Source of the DNA: Oculatellaceae cyanobacterium bins.114
GTDB lineage: Bacteria; Cyanobacteriota; Cyanobacteriia; Elainellales; Elainellaceae
Assembly: GCA_033764315.1 (NCBI GenBank)
Contig: JANRJA010000160.1
Coordinates: 10,464-74,463, forward strand
Length of the DNA stretch: 64,000 nucleotides
Direction: 5' to 3'
Below are positions 34,400-44,485 of this stretch, one piece after another; within the stretch, counting starts at the first letter, position 1; each line of letters starts with the position of its first letter. The position numbers were made by a program, and so were the translations under genes. The notes under the pieces were generated by a model. The model did not search any database and was not told the DNA's origin. It saw only the letters and a program-made list of their open reading frames with translations.

Positions 34400-34845
34400 A
34401 TCTTTGTATTGCTCCGGTTCTATCTACAGGTTCTAGCTCAATTGACTAAATGCTCTGGAAGTTGCATTGCCCTCGGTTGGGGCATAGAGGCGGTTGCTTC
34501 GCAGTTTCCCTTAGGGATAATCGCAGATCCCACAACTCTGCACTCTTCTATATACTGCGTATGTTTGCCCCTTACCTTGAAGGCGTATTTACCGAACCAA
34601 ACGTGGACGGTTCACCAGACTGACTGGATCGACGATGCATTTAGATATCGGTTGAGATTGGGTTGCAGTTGCATTCATGAATACCAGTTTAGGCAGTGCA
34701 AGGTCGATCAGAGTGGGGGTGAACCGTAACACAAGTGGTGAGGTTGCCGCCGATTTAGCAAATTTCTGCTTGAAGATGAGCCATTGCCCGATACCATGAG
34801 TGAACAGCCGATGAATTCTTGCCGATAATCTCTTGAATTGTGGTT

Positions 34846-35196
34846 ATGTCTCCTACTCAGCTTCGTCTCAATTTGGTAGAAGGGTCAGTTAGTTTTAGCT
34901 TTACTCCTCAAGCGGCTCGTGAACTGCAAGCGGCGATCGCCACTTTGATGAATAGCCTCAAGGCTGTGGCAGCTCATAGTGGTTCTGGTAGCAAGCCTGA
35001 CCCTAAAAAGCCGATGGAATATCAGTATGTAGGGGATGTTTTCTTAGAGGTCTTTTGTAATCCCAATATCTGGGCAAGTCCCTTTGCTGCAAAGGTGTTA
35101 GTCACCTTACGAGATCAGCAGATTCGGCTCAATACTGAAGCCGAGTTGACCCGCCTGATTGAAGATATCAATGACTATTTAGAACAGTTTGGTTAA
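34846..35196 (+). CDS. Hypothetical protein
   Basis: LNLVEGSVSF..FLEVFCNPNIW..PFAAKVL; divergent from dnaK. Confidence 0.7.
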   Translation: MSPTQLRLNLVEGSVSFSFTPQAARELQAAIATLMNSLKAVAAHSGSGSKPDPKKPMEYQYVGDVFLEVFCNPNIWASPFAAKVLVTLRDQQIRLNTEAELTRLIEDINDYLEQFG

Positions 35197-35409
35197 CCCG
35201 CAGCATTTTAATAGGTCATCCAAATTTCGCCCGGTTAAGGATGTTGAATTCTATGTGGGGTAGGAGTTTAGTGTGATTTTTAGGACTCCTTCAGACTCAA
35301 GTCGCCCCATTAATTTCGGAAATTGAGACCGAATCAGTTGAATAAAAAGTCTGAAGGTCTTAATCTTCCTTTGGAAGCCTACATTATTTTTAATACCCAA
35401 CTCAAAGCC

Positions 35410-35802
35410 ATGAATTCTGACACGTTGATTGAACTGTTGCAAAAGGGGTTTCGTGTGACCCTGGGGGCAACCGCATCATTAATTGAGATTTTGCAAGACC
35501 CCCAACGCCGTGACGAAAATCTCGATCGCTTGAGAACAGATCTGGCTGAGTTATCAGAAGAATGGGCGGCCAAAGGGGAAATGACTGAGCAAGAAGCTCG
35601 TAACTTTGTAGAAACGATTTTGACTCAACAGACAGGTCGCAGTCCGTCTGACACCCCTTCGACAAGCGATCGCACTTCCTCTTCTACAACCTCTTCCTCT
35701 GTTACGGCTAACCCTGAGGTGCAAACGGATGTGCAGGAGTTGACCAATCAGATTGCCGCTATTCGGTCTGAGTTAGAGAGATTGAGAGAACAAGACTCTT
35801 GA
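35410..35802 (+). CDS. Hypothetical coiled-coil (phasin-like) protein
   Basis: LQKGFRVTLGA, KGEMTEQEAR, C-terminal ELTNQIAAIRSELE. Confidence 0.65.
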   Translation: MNSDTLIELLQKGFRVTLGATASLIEILQDPQRRDENLDRLRTDLAELSEEWAAKGEMTEQEARNFVETILTQQTGRSPSDTPSTSDRTSSSTTSSSVTANPEVQTDVQELTNQIAAIRSELERLREQDS

Positions 35803-35971
35803 AACATTTAGGGTGAATCCTATTCACCCCGCATCAAGGGCTAATCCTCTGGGTAGAGGGTCAGGTTTTATCTGCCAGGTTCGTTCTATGCGGTTGGCGA
35901 TCGCTTCTCTTTGACACAAAAGATAAGCTGAGATCATCCACAACGGCTATAACAGCTTTCAGACAAGAGCT

Positions 35972-36982
35972 ATGCACCCAATTCTCACCCCATCCTCCAC
36001 GAGTGGAGTCCAAACCATCGATTGTCGTGGGTTTGATGAGACCACTATCCATTTATTCCTGGCACCTGGTCCCAATCCCTACACTGATACAGAAGAGTTT
36101 TTGTTTGATTGTGAAATGCGGGCAGACGAGATGCCGCGTTCTGTGCGTCGCGCCCTTTTAGAGTTTCAGGTGCGGTCTAACACTGAAGGCATTTTGCTCT
36201 TGCAGGGGGTACCGATCGATCCAGGGCTTTACTATGTTCATACCCCGTTAGATGCCCAACGATCAACTGGGAAACAAACCTATGTCAGTGAGCGATGTTT
36301 GGCCATGATTGGCAGTCGTTTAGGACATTTGGTGTCTTACATTCAGGAAAAAAATGGGGATTTGTTTCAAAATCTTGCCCCTGTTAAAGGAAGTGAACAG
36401 ATTCAATCCTCTAGTGGGTCTCAATCACGGTTGCAATTTCACCGTGAAACTGTTTTTCACCCCTATCCTCCTGAGTTTTTGCTGTTGTTTTGTCTGCGTC
36501 CTGATCACGATCAAGTGGCTGAAACCACTTATGCCAGCATCACCCATGCGCTGCCATTGCTCACCCCAGAGCATCGGGATCGGTTGTTTCAACCCCTTTA
36601 TCGTACCGGGATTGATTATTCCTTTGGCAATCTGCAAACCGCGACAGACGAAGGAACTGTGTTACCGGTTTTGTATGGCAATCGCCATGACCCCTTCTTA
36701 AACTATGACGAAGATTTGATGACGGCTCTCACCCCTGAAGCAGATGCCGCACTGTCAGCCCTCAAGGAGGCGATCGCCTCGGTTTATAAAGGAGTCAAGC
36801 TCAATGTAGGCGACCTGCTCTGCATCGACAATCGCCGCACTGTGCACGGACGGTCTTCTTTTATCCCCCGATATGATGGATTTGATCGATGGTTGCAGCG
36901 ATCGTTTGTAGTTCGTGATCTGGGCTTATCAGCCGTCGATCGCCAACCAGGAGAACGAATTATTCGGACTCGGTTTACCTGA
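35972..36982 (+). CDS. Fe(II)/2-oxoglutarate dioxygenase, TauD/clavaminate synthase-like
   Basis: HxE iron motif (LQFHRE), LLLFCLR, IDNRRTVHGR, DRWLQR. Confidence 0.85.
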   Translation: MHPILTPSSTSGVQTIDCRGFDETTIHLFLAPGPNPYTDTEEFLFDCEMRADEMPRSVRRALLEFQVRSNTEGILLLQGVPIDPGLYYVHTPLDAQRSTGKQTYVSERCLAMIGSRLGHLVSYIQEKNGDLFQNLAPVKGSEQIQSSSGSQSRLQFHRETVFHPYPPEFLLLFCLRPDHDQVAETTYASITHALPLLTPEHRDRLFQPLYRTGIDYSFGNLQTATDEGTVLPVLYGNRHDPFLNYDEDLMTALTPEADAALSALKEAIASVYKGVKLNVGDLLCIDNRRTVHGRSSFIPRYDGFDRWLQRSFVVRDLGLSAVDRQPGERIIRTRFT

Positions 36983-36983
36983 A

Positions 36984-37904
36984 CTAGCGTTTTTTAGCAA
37001 ACATTCCAAAGAATCCACCCGCTTTTGGATCAGCACTCTTGCCATTGGTTGAGTTGTTGAGGTCGATCTTGAGCTTTTGAGCATACTCTAGCGCAAGTGG
37101 ATCTTTGGGGTTTAGCTTGAGTGCCTGCTTAAAGTGGACAGTTGCCATTCCTGGTAAGTTCTGCATTAGATAGGCTTTTGCCAATAAAGCATGAAACTCA
37201 CTGCGATCGGCCTCAATTCGCAAAGCATCTCGCAATTCTTGCACGGCTAAAGACCAGTTTGACTTTTTCATATACTCCTGTGCCCGCTGATAGTGGCGCA
37301 GAGCATAGTTGGCATAATTGCCAGGGGGAGACGTAGACGGCTCAGCTTCTTTTCGCAAACGAGAATCAAACTCAAGCGGTCTGACCTCTTCAACCGGAAT
37401 AATGCCATTTCGTTTCTCACGAATCAAGGGTTCACCCATCTTGACTCGCAGGTAAACCAGATTGAGTTCACTCAACTCATCCGTAATTTGCTCAAACTGC
37501 TCAAATTGCTGATATTGCAATTCGGCCAAGTTGCTCACTGCTTCCTCATACAAAATATCAACAGATTGCAGAGGGGTTTTAAGGAGTTGCCGCGCCACAT
37601 CTCCTTTTGGTTCTGGCATTTCTTCTCGGCTCATGCGCCGCACTCGAAATCGCAGCATTGCCATGACCTCTGCTCGACCCTTGTCTTGCTTGATCTTCTG
37701 ATAGGCAGGACTGACCAGGCGAGCAAAGATCTGAGTAGCTATTTCTAGCTCAGCTGTAAAGCTATCAGGATGGAGTAGTTTAGCAACTGAGCGATAACGT
37801 TTGAGAATACGACTATCATCAGCAGACACAGATGCACCCAACACAGCATAGGGATCTTCAGTAAATTTCCTTAGCCAATCGGGAGAGAATGTAATCTGTG
37901 ACAT
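36984..37904 (-). CDS. J-domain + TPR protein
   Basis: DPYAVLG..YRSVAKLLHPD J-domain; C-terminal TPRs (ELRDALRIE..FKQALKLNP). Confidence 0.8.
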   Translation of the reverse strand: MSQITFSPDWLRKFTEDPYAVLGASVSADDSRILKRYRSVAKLLHPDSFTAELEIATQIFARLVSPAYQKIKQDKGRAEVMAMLRFRVRRMSREEMPEPKGDVARQLLKTPLQSVDILYEEAVSNLAELQYQQFEQFEQITDELSELNLVYLRVKMGEPLIREKRNGIIPVEEVRPLEFDSRLRKEAEPSTSPPGNYANYALRHYQRAQEYMKKSNWSLAVQELRDALRIEADRSEFHALLAKAYLMQNLPGMATVHFKQALKLNPKDPLALEYAQKLKIDLNNSTNGKSADPKAGGFFGMFAKKR

Positions 37905-38782
37905 TAGTAATTATTATTTATAAATTCAGTGACCGTATTACTTTGAAGTATACAGAATGACTTCAGGGTGAACTCAATACCCCGTAGTACGTATATTAGG
38001 CAGTCGTCTAACTCAATCTGGAGCACCACGCCCAACTCTATATTGTAGTCGTTGAGTTGATGAAGGTTTGTACCAAGCAGAACAGAGGCTCGTAAAGATA
38101 TCGGTAATCTAATTGACCTTTGGCTTAAAAGTATTTTTTGATAAACCTTTGGGCAACTCTGGCGGTATAAAAGCTAAATGAGAGATGGAGAAGGGGTGAG
38201 GGTAGACATCTAGAGCAAGAAGATATCAATCGATTGGGTAGAGAATTTCTTATGCTGGTCACAGTGTATGAATCGCTTTTACCTCAAAAGTCTAGGTATT
38301 TAAAGTCTAGGGATGTGGGTCTTACTGTGTGGCGTTGAAGCAGCTTGAGATTGAGACAGCTCTTAAAAATCTATCCGAGAAATCGATAAGGTTTCCGGGA
38401 GAAAGCTCTTTCAATCGCTCTCTGGTACATCTTAGTTGATCAAGAATTCAACCTTACTGAATTAGTTCCCCTAATGATATTTTACTTGGTTTAAGAGCTT
38501 GTAGACATATAGATTGGTTTCAACTTAGAGATGAGTTGTCTACTACGGATCCATGATAAATTTTTGAGCCATGATCTAGCTTGAGCCATGATCTTGCCTT
38601 ACGTCGTTTCCAACTGTTGGCGATCTGCTCCAGATAAAATCTGAATCGATATGATTAGAAGAAGAAAAAATCTTGTAATTTAAATTAGCCATAGACCTTT
38701 TTCAATGCTAACCCTGCATTGAAGTTATGTTATTTGGGTTACGTTGCCTTTGCCATCTTGAAGCCCTCCCATCCTTCTACCC

Positions 38783-39172
38783 ATGTTAGCCAAGCCTAAA
38801 ACCAAGAAATTCGCTGTTTTGCTGGCGTTTCTCAGTGTTGTTAGTCCCCTCTCTGGTTTCCACAAGTTTTATTTAAGGCAACCCGGTTGGGGAATTCTTT
38901 ACTTGCTCCTCTCGTGGACTTTTGTTCCTAAAATTGCGAGTGTCATAGAAGGAGTTTGGTATCTTGCTCAAGATCAGACTGAATTTGACACTAACTTTAA
39001 TGCGGGTCAGGTCTTGCAATCTGCTTCACCTGCCGTAGAGGTGGTTGATCCTGTTCAAGTTAGTGCGATCGCCGATGCCCTCCGGCAAATTGATACTTTA
39101 CGCCAAGATGGGCTGATTTCAGAATACGAGTTTGAGCAAAAACGTCGTCAACTACTAGACCGCATTGGTTAA
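38783..39172 (+). CDS. TM2/NINE domain protein with SHOCT tail
   Basis: GFHKFYL..GILYLLL; LRQDGLISEYEFEQKRRQLL. Confidence 0.8.
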   Translation: MLAKPKTKKFAVLLAFLSVVSPLSGFHKFYLRQPGWGILYLLLSWTFVPKIASVIEGVWYLAQDQTEFDTNFNAGQVLQSASPAVEVVDPVQVSAIADALRQIDTLRQDGLISEYEFEQKRRQLLDRIG

Positions 39173-39185
39173 TTGAGGAAGTGTT

Positions 39186-39743
39186 ATGTTGTCAGATTGG
39201 TTGACATCGTTGACTCGCTTAAAGTCGGGAGTTAAAGCCCAGTTACATCCTTTGCGATCGCGTCTGTTGAATGACCCCTATTATCGGTTCCAATCGATAG
39301 AAGAGATTCAATTTGCGGCTGAGTTAGGGGTTCAGATCGATGTTAATCAAGCTGGTATTGACGATTGGCTGCGTCTACCGGGAATGTCTATTCATCAAGC
39401 CCGCACTTTGGTGTCGTTAACTCAAGCAGGGGTTTTGTTTCACTGTTTAGATGATGTAGCGGCTGCTCTCAATCTCCCTATTCATCGATTAAAGTCTCTC
39501 GAACCTATTCTGGCCTTTTGCTATTACGACTCTGAGAGCATTGATACCATTCAGAGGATCAATCTCAATACGGCTTCGATCGCGACTTTGGTTCGTGTCC
39601 CTGTGATCGATTTGTTTTTAGCTAGGGCGATCGTTCAAAATCGTCAAACCTATGGAGCTTATCGCAACTTAGCTGATTTACAACAGCGTTTGGCGTTGCC
39701 TAGCCAACTAACGGCTGATCTGGTTTACTATCTCAACTTCTGA
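39186..39743 (+). CDS. ComEA-family helix-hairpin-helix DNA-binding protein
   Basis: IDVNQA..WLRLPG and INLNTAS..R..YGAYRNLADL HhH repeats. Confidence 0.8.
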   Translation: MLSDWLTSLTRLKSGVKAQLHPLRSRLLNDPYYRFQSIEEIQFAAELGVQIDVNQAGIDDWLRLPGMSIHQARTLVSLTQAGVLFHCLDDVAAALNLPIHRLKSLEPILAFCYYDSESIDTIQRINLNTASIATLVRVPVIDLFLARAIVQNRQTYGAYRNLADLQQRLALPSQLTADLVYYLNF

Positions 39744-39764
39744 GCAAGAAGGGCTGAGACTCTT

Positions 39765-40388
39765 TTACCCCTTCTCTTTGCCAATCTCTGAGTGGATTAC
39801 TCCAATTCGATCGGGTTCCCAAAAGCGAAATACAGCCCGTCCAATTACATTTTCTTGAGGCAAAAAGCCCCATACATGAGAGTCATTGCTGTTGTTGCGG
39901 TTGTCTCCCATTACAAAAAATTGTTTCTCAGGAATTTTTACGGCGGGTAGTTCATAGTCTGGTGGTGCAGCGATGTAATCTTCCTGTAACGGTTCACCAT
40001 TGACATACACAGTGCCATCGTGAATTTGCACGACTTGTCCTGGCTCACCGATAATTCGCTTGATAAACACCTGGTCTCTGCGAAATCCTAGTGTTTGTAA
40101 TGGGTCAGGTGGATCAAAGACGACAATCTCACCCGCTTTGGGGGGACGGAGGTGATAGGAGAGTTTTTCGATGACCAGGCGATCGCCCACGTGCAAAGTA
40201 GGTTCCATCGAGTTAGAGGGAATGTAGCGTGGCTCAGCAATGAATAAGCGAATGATCAAGGCTAATGCCAGCGCGATCGCCAAAATCTGCCCATTTTCTC
40301 TAAGACGTGCCCCCCAAGAAGGAGGGGTGGATTCAGGGAGTGAAGAATCAGGTGAGGGAGGGGTCGATTTGGGTTGTTCAGCAGTCAT
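39765..40388 (-). CDS. lepB: Signal peptidase I
   Basis: IPSNSMEPTL, FIKRIIG, GDNRNNSNDSH. Confidence 0.92.
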   Translation of the reverse strand: MTAEQPKSTPPSPDSSLPESTPPSWGARLRENGQILAIALALALIIRLFIAEPRYIPSNSMEPTLHVGDRLVIEKLSYHLRPPKAGEIVVFDPPDPLQTLGFRRDQVFIKRIIGEPGQVVQIHDGTVYVNGEPLQEDYIAAPPDYELPAVKIPEKQFFVMGDNRNNSNDSHVWGFLPQENVIGRAVFRFWEPDRIGVIHSEIGKEKG

Positions 40389-40575
40389 GAAATTCAACAA
40401 TCAGGTTAGGTCGCATCAAATAAAGCATGGAAAACCTTGCTATTCCCTATCTTCCCATGTGAAATGGAATTCATCAGAGACAGATAGCGGGTGCTACAGC
40501 AGTTTTCATGGTTATGGGTTGTAGGCCAGGGGCTTAAGCTCCCTGTTCCAAGGTAGAACCTGTACCTCATTTAAC

Positions 40576-40725
40576 GGGTGTATCTGACGGTCGGGGGAGT
40601 GGCGGTTGAAACCGCACCTACTAGAACAAAACCTGCCTCCGCAGGTTCAAAACCCTCAGTCCGCGTCGGACGTTCACTTGTGAATCCATTCGCCGGGTTC
40701 AGTCCCCTAACTGCTAGATGCGCCC
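40576..40725. mobile_element. 150-bp MITE with 9-bp target-site duplication
   Basis: 23-nt imperfect terminal inverted repeats (16/23, all mismatches transitions), flanked by direct repeats TCATTTAAC at 40567-40575 and 40726-40734. Confidence 0.7.
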
Positions 40726-41019
40726 TCATTTAACATTTAACCCATAACGGCTGTACCTAACCTGGAGCATTGCAATTAAAGAGAGTGAATCTCTAACCCC
40801 CTTTCTAATCAACATGGCTTACTAAAAACGGTTTAAAGCTGAACTGAGTTTGACTGGGAAAGGTTGGGAGGGGTCGCATTTGCACTGTCTTGAAATCAGA
40901 TTGATGTGACCACAGGATCTCTTACCAATTCAGCAAACTACTGTAAGCTGGATAGGCGATTAGGGTTGTCTGCGATTTAATGAGAACAGCCTGAATAACC
41001 AAACGGTGAGGAGATTTGT

Positions 41020-41214
41020 ATGAGTGATGCTTGGTATATCGTCAAGCAGAATGACGGACAGTGCAAAATCGTAACTGCGATCGACATTAAGGGACTAACC
41101 AAAGAAGCTGGAGAAGCGGGTGAGCCAGAGCGATGGGGACCCTTTGCCTCTGAGCAAGAGGCGATCGCCCGTCGAGTTGGGTTAATTCGCGCTGGGAAAT
41201 GTCAGCCTGCTTAG
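41020..41214 (+). CDS. Small hypothetical protein (64 aa)
   Basis: Strong RBS gaggag; WYIVK..C..WGPF..EAIARRVGLIRAGKC. Confidence 0.75.
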   Translation: MSDAWYIVKQNDGQCKIVTAIDIKGLTKEAGEAGEPERWGPFASEQEAIARRVGLIRAGKCQPA

Positions 41215-41539
41215 CCTGGTAGAGAAGCAAGGGAACACAGCAACCCTGCTCGTCCCCTAAATGTGTTTAATTGTTAACAAATATTTGAGATCATATGTAT
41301 TATTGCTGTTCAACTTAAACTGCTACACTTTTTTCGAGACCACTCAACATTCACAGCTGTCGCCATATGATTTGGGGCACTAGAGGTTAGCCTGGGTTTG
41401 GAGGTCATGCTCTCATATTCCCCATTCCGACCTTATGGCTATTGCTATAACTAATCCAAATGGATAGTGGTTGAGCCTGGTTTGCTAAACTCACCTATCT
41501 AATAAATATTTGTTATCTGCAAGATTGAGGTTTCAGTCG

Positions 41540-41902
41540 ATGCGCCAAGTTAATTTCGTCATCATTTTCGTTATTTGCCTCGCACTCGTGTTGTTTGGCA
41601 TTGAAAACACAGAACCCGTGGTCATTCGCATTGTCAAAGATGTCCAGGTGCAGGCCCCGTTGTCTGTAGAATTGTTGCTAGCAACTGGCATTGGAGCTGC
41701 TTTTGCCTGGGTGTTTAGCGTGTGGACTCAGGTGCAAAAGGTTTTAGACTCAGGGCAACAAATTCAACAGCGAGACGTCCGGATTGAAGAATTAGAACGC
41801 GATATTCAGCGTTATAAGGTACAACTTGAAGAACAGCAGCATCTACTGCCTGCCTCTAAAGAGGTTACAGATGCGGAAGATGTTGAAGTCTACGCTAAGT
41901 AA
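41540..41902 (+). CDS. LapA-family (lipopolysaccharide assembly protein A domain) protein
   Basis: TM-FGIENTEPV-TM-coiled coil architecture. Confidence 0.75.
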   Translation: MRQVNFVIIFVICLALVLFGIENTEPVVIRIVKDVQVQAPLSVELLLATGIGAAFAWVFSVWTQVQKVLDSGQQIQQRDVRIEELERDIQRYKVQLEEQQHLLPASKEVTDAEDVEVYAK

Positions 41903-41926
41903 ACTCTGGTTTGACGTTGTGCCTTT

Positions 41927-42028
41927 ATGACTGACCCTCTCAATCCCTGGAGCTTGGTGATACCCTTTGCGTTGCTGGGTTTGATTGTGTTGGCTGCCGT
42001 CTATTTTGTTCGCGTTAGCCTTCGATAG
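41927..42028 (+). CDS. Putative 33-aa single-TM peptide not in the ORF track
   Basis: MTDPLNPWSLVIPFALLGLIVLAAVYFVRVSLR*; fills most of the gap between the lapA-like gene and scpA. Confidence 0.5.
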   Translation: MTDPLNPWSLVIPFALLGLIVLAAVYFVRVSLR

Positions 42029-42037
42029 GATTGCCCT

Positions 42038-42886
42038 ATGGCTCTTTCTCTGGCACAAAATGCGATCGCCCTACTTATTGACCTAGCAGAACGGGGAGAG
42101 ATTGATCCTTGGGATGTCAAGGTGATTGAGGTAATCGATCGCTTTTTGAGCCAACTCACTCCCCTGCAGAGTAACGAAGCAGGGCGAGCACCCTATGAAG
42201 CTGACCTGTCTGAATCAGGGCAGGCATTTTTATATGCCTCGATACTAGTCTTGTTAAAAGCAGATAGTTTGGCCCGCTCTGAGTCGCGTGATGAAGAGGA
42301 AGAGTTGGAAGCTGAGGAGGTTTTGGCTCCAGAAGGGACAACGGCTTTGCCGTTGCGCTTAGAAAAAACGATTCGGCGGCGGGCGGTGGCAAACCCGCCT
42401 CAAAACCGTCGGGTTACGCTAAAAGAATTGATTGCCCAACTTGAGATCATGGCGGCCACTGTTGCAGAGAACAAACCTCGCATTCGGGCACGCCGTCCCC
42501 GACCCCAATCTCGCAGTCAGGCCGTGCGAGCGATCACCCAACTAGCTCACCAAGAAAATCTCTCAGAGATTGCGGCAGCACTGGAGCAATTTTTAAGTGA
42601 CCACTGGCAAGATGTCAGCGAAGGCGAAGAGTGGGTCGATTTTGATGTGTTGTTGGAGTTGTGGGTTCACTCTGACGCTCAACAAGCGATCGCCGCTGAT
42701 CCCTCAGCTCATCATTCTGATCAGAGCGATCGGGTTGGAGTTTTTTGGGCACTGCTATTTTTGTCAGCTCAAACTAAAGTTGAGCTATCTCAAGAAAAAT
42801 TTTATCAGGATTTAAGAGTCCGCAGCCTCGCCCACTTGACTACTGAAGAACTGGCAAATCTGTCAGCTCTTATACTCAGTGATTGA
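42038..42886 (+). CDS. scpA: Segregation and condensation protein A
   Basis: GEIDPWDV, A..LVLLKA, RRVTLKELI, FWALLFL..VELSQ. Confidence 0.85.
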   Translation: MALSLAQNAIALLIDLAERGEIDPWDVKVIEVIDRFLSQLTPLQSNEAGRAPYEADLSESGQAFLYASILVLLKADSLARSESRDEEEELEAEEVLAPEGTTALPLRLEKTIRRRAVANPPQNRRVTLKELIAQLEIMAATVAENKPRIRARRPRPQSRSQAVRAITQLAHQENLSEIAAALEQFLSDHWQDVSEGEEWVDFDVLLELWVHSDAQQAIAADPSAHHSDQSDRVGVFWALLFLSAQTKVELSQEKFYQDLRVRSLAHLTTEELANLSALILSD

Positions 42887-43235
42887 TTGTGTTTGTCCTT
42901 ACAGACTGGACAGTCCACTCTGCTGTACTGCTAAACTTGACGCTGACCATCAATACTAAAGAACACTTTTACAAAAATTCAAATTAGATATAGATTCTGC
43001 AAAATTCTTTCTCTACTCCTGGCAATTCTCAAAGATTGTGAAAGACTGGAACAGATTATGTCCTTACAAGGAATGGATTCATGGGTGCGTACTAAGTCAA
43101 TTTCAAGCTTTATAGCAGAAATTTTTTTGAAAAATTCGCTATAGTTCCAGTCAAATGAAGCGGTTGTAAATCCCACTTATTTGTCAAAGTCATTAGAATT
43201 AGTTAGCTCAGGTAATGTAGATGTCCAAAAAGTCC

Positions 43236-44405
43236 ATGAAGGCGATGATCCTCGCAGCAGGTAAGGGTACCCGCGTCCGTCCCATTACCTACACCACGCC
43301 AAAGCCCATGATCCCGATCTTGCAAAAACCAGTGATGGAATTTTTGCTGGAGCTTTTACGAAGTCATGGCTTTGACCAAATCATGGTGAATGTCAGTCAC
43401 CTGGCATATGAAATTGAAAGTTACTTTCGCGATGGACAGCGATTTGGAGTCCAAATTGCTTACTCATTTGAAGGTCGCATCAAAGAAGATGGTGAATTGG
43501 TGGGTGAAGCCGTGGGATCTGCCGGAGGCATGCGACGCATCCAAGACTTCTCTCCTTTTTTTGATGACACCTTTGTGGTGTTATGCGGTGATGCGCTCAT
43601 TGATTTAGATTTGACAGCAGCCGTTGAGTGGCACCGTTCTAAGGGTTCGATCGCCACCATCATTATGAAAACCGTTCCCCGTGAAGAAGTATCTAGTTAT
43701 GGGGTTGTTGTAACCGACGACGAAGGGCAGATCAAAGCATTTCAGGAAAAGCCTAGTGTCGATGAGGCTCTTAGCAACAACATCAACACAGGAATTTATA
43801 TTTTTGAACCAGAGGTTCTCAACTATATTCCATCGGGTGAAGAGTTTGATATTGGGAGTCAGCTCTTTCCTAAGCTGGTTGAGATTGGTGCTCCTTTTTA
43901 CGGTCTACCGATGGATTTTGAATGGGTTGACATTGGCAAGGTGCCCGATTATTGGCGAGCTATTCGTGGCGTTTTGATGCGAGAAATCAAAAATGTTGAG
44001 ATTCCTGGTCATGAAATTTTCCCCGGTATCTACACAGGTCTAAATGTGGCAGTTAACTGGGACAAAGTAGAAATCCAGGGACCTGTGTATATTGGTGGCA
44101 TGACCCGCATCGAAGACGGAGCCAAAATTATTGGCCCCTCAATGATTGGCCCTAGTTGCCATATTTGTGGCGGAGCTACTGTCGATAACAGCGTTATCTT
44201 TGAATATTCTCGTTTAGGGGCAGGTGTACGTTTGGTCGATAAGCTCGTTTATGGACGTTATTGTGTTGATAAAACGGGCGAATCCATCGATGTTGAAAAG
44301 GCCTCTCTAGATTGGCTCATTACTGACGCTCGTAAGCCTTTCCCCGTTCAACCCCGGACAGAGCAAGAGCTAATTTCTAAAGCGTTAGACAACAAATCGT
44401 TTTGA
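43236..44405 (+). CDS. cugP: Sugar-phosphate nucleotidyltransferase (cyanobacterial UDP-glucose pyrophosphorylase CugP-like)
   Basis: MKAMILAAGKGTRVRPIT..PKPMIPI, FQEKP, WVDIG, C-terminal left-handed beta-helix; substrate assignment from recalled similarity. Confidence 0.7.
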   Translation: MKAMILAAGKGTRVRPITYTTPKPMIPILQKPVMEFLLELLRSHGFDQIMVNVSHLAYEIESYFRDGQRFGVQIAYSFEGRIKEDGELVGEAVGSAGGMRRIQDFSPFFDDTFVVLCGDALIDLDLTAAVEWHRSKGSIATIIMKTVPREEVSSYGVVVTDDEGQIKAFQEKPSVDEALSNNINTGIYIFEPEVLNYIPSGEEFDIGSQLFPKLVEIGAPFYGLPMDFEWVDIGKVPDYWRAIRGVLMREIKNVEIPGHEIFPGIYTGLNVAVNWDKVEIQGPVYIGGMTRIEDGAKIIGPSMIGPSCHICGGATVDNSVIFEYSRLGAGVRLVDKLVYGRYCVDKTGESIDVEKASLDWLITDARKPFPVQPRTEQELISKALDNKSF

Positions 44406-44485
44406 GGCAAGGCTAAAAACAGAGAGCAATAGGCAGAAGGATAGAGGCTGAAATTCCATTTTTTTTTCTCGTCTTCTTTTATCGG

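Noticed and set aside
34409..34729. 106-aa ORF upstream of dnaK
   Set aside because: TTG start, lies across the dnaK promoter/5' UTR, and has no protein-like motifs
35803..35971. Possible riboswitch upstream of the dioxygenase
   Set aside because: Only two short hairpins; no guanidine, SAM or other aptamer consensus recognised
41020..41214. Small protein beside the MITE as a possible transposase
   Set aside because: Only 64 aa with no DDE or HUH catalytic motifs
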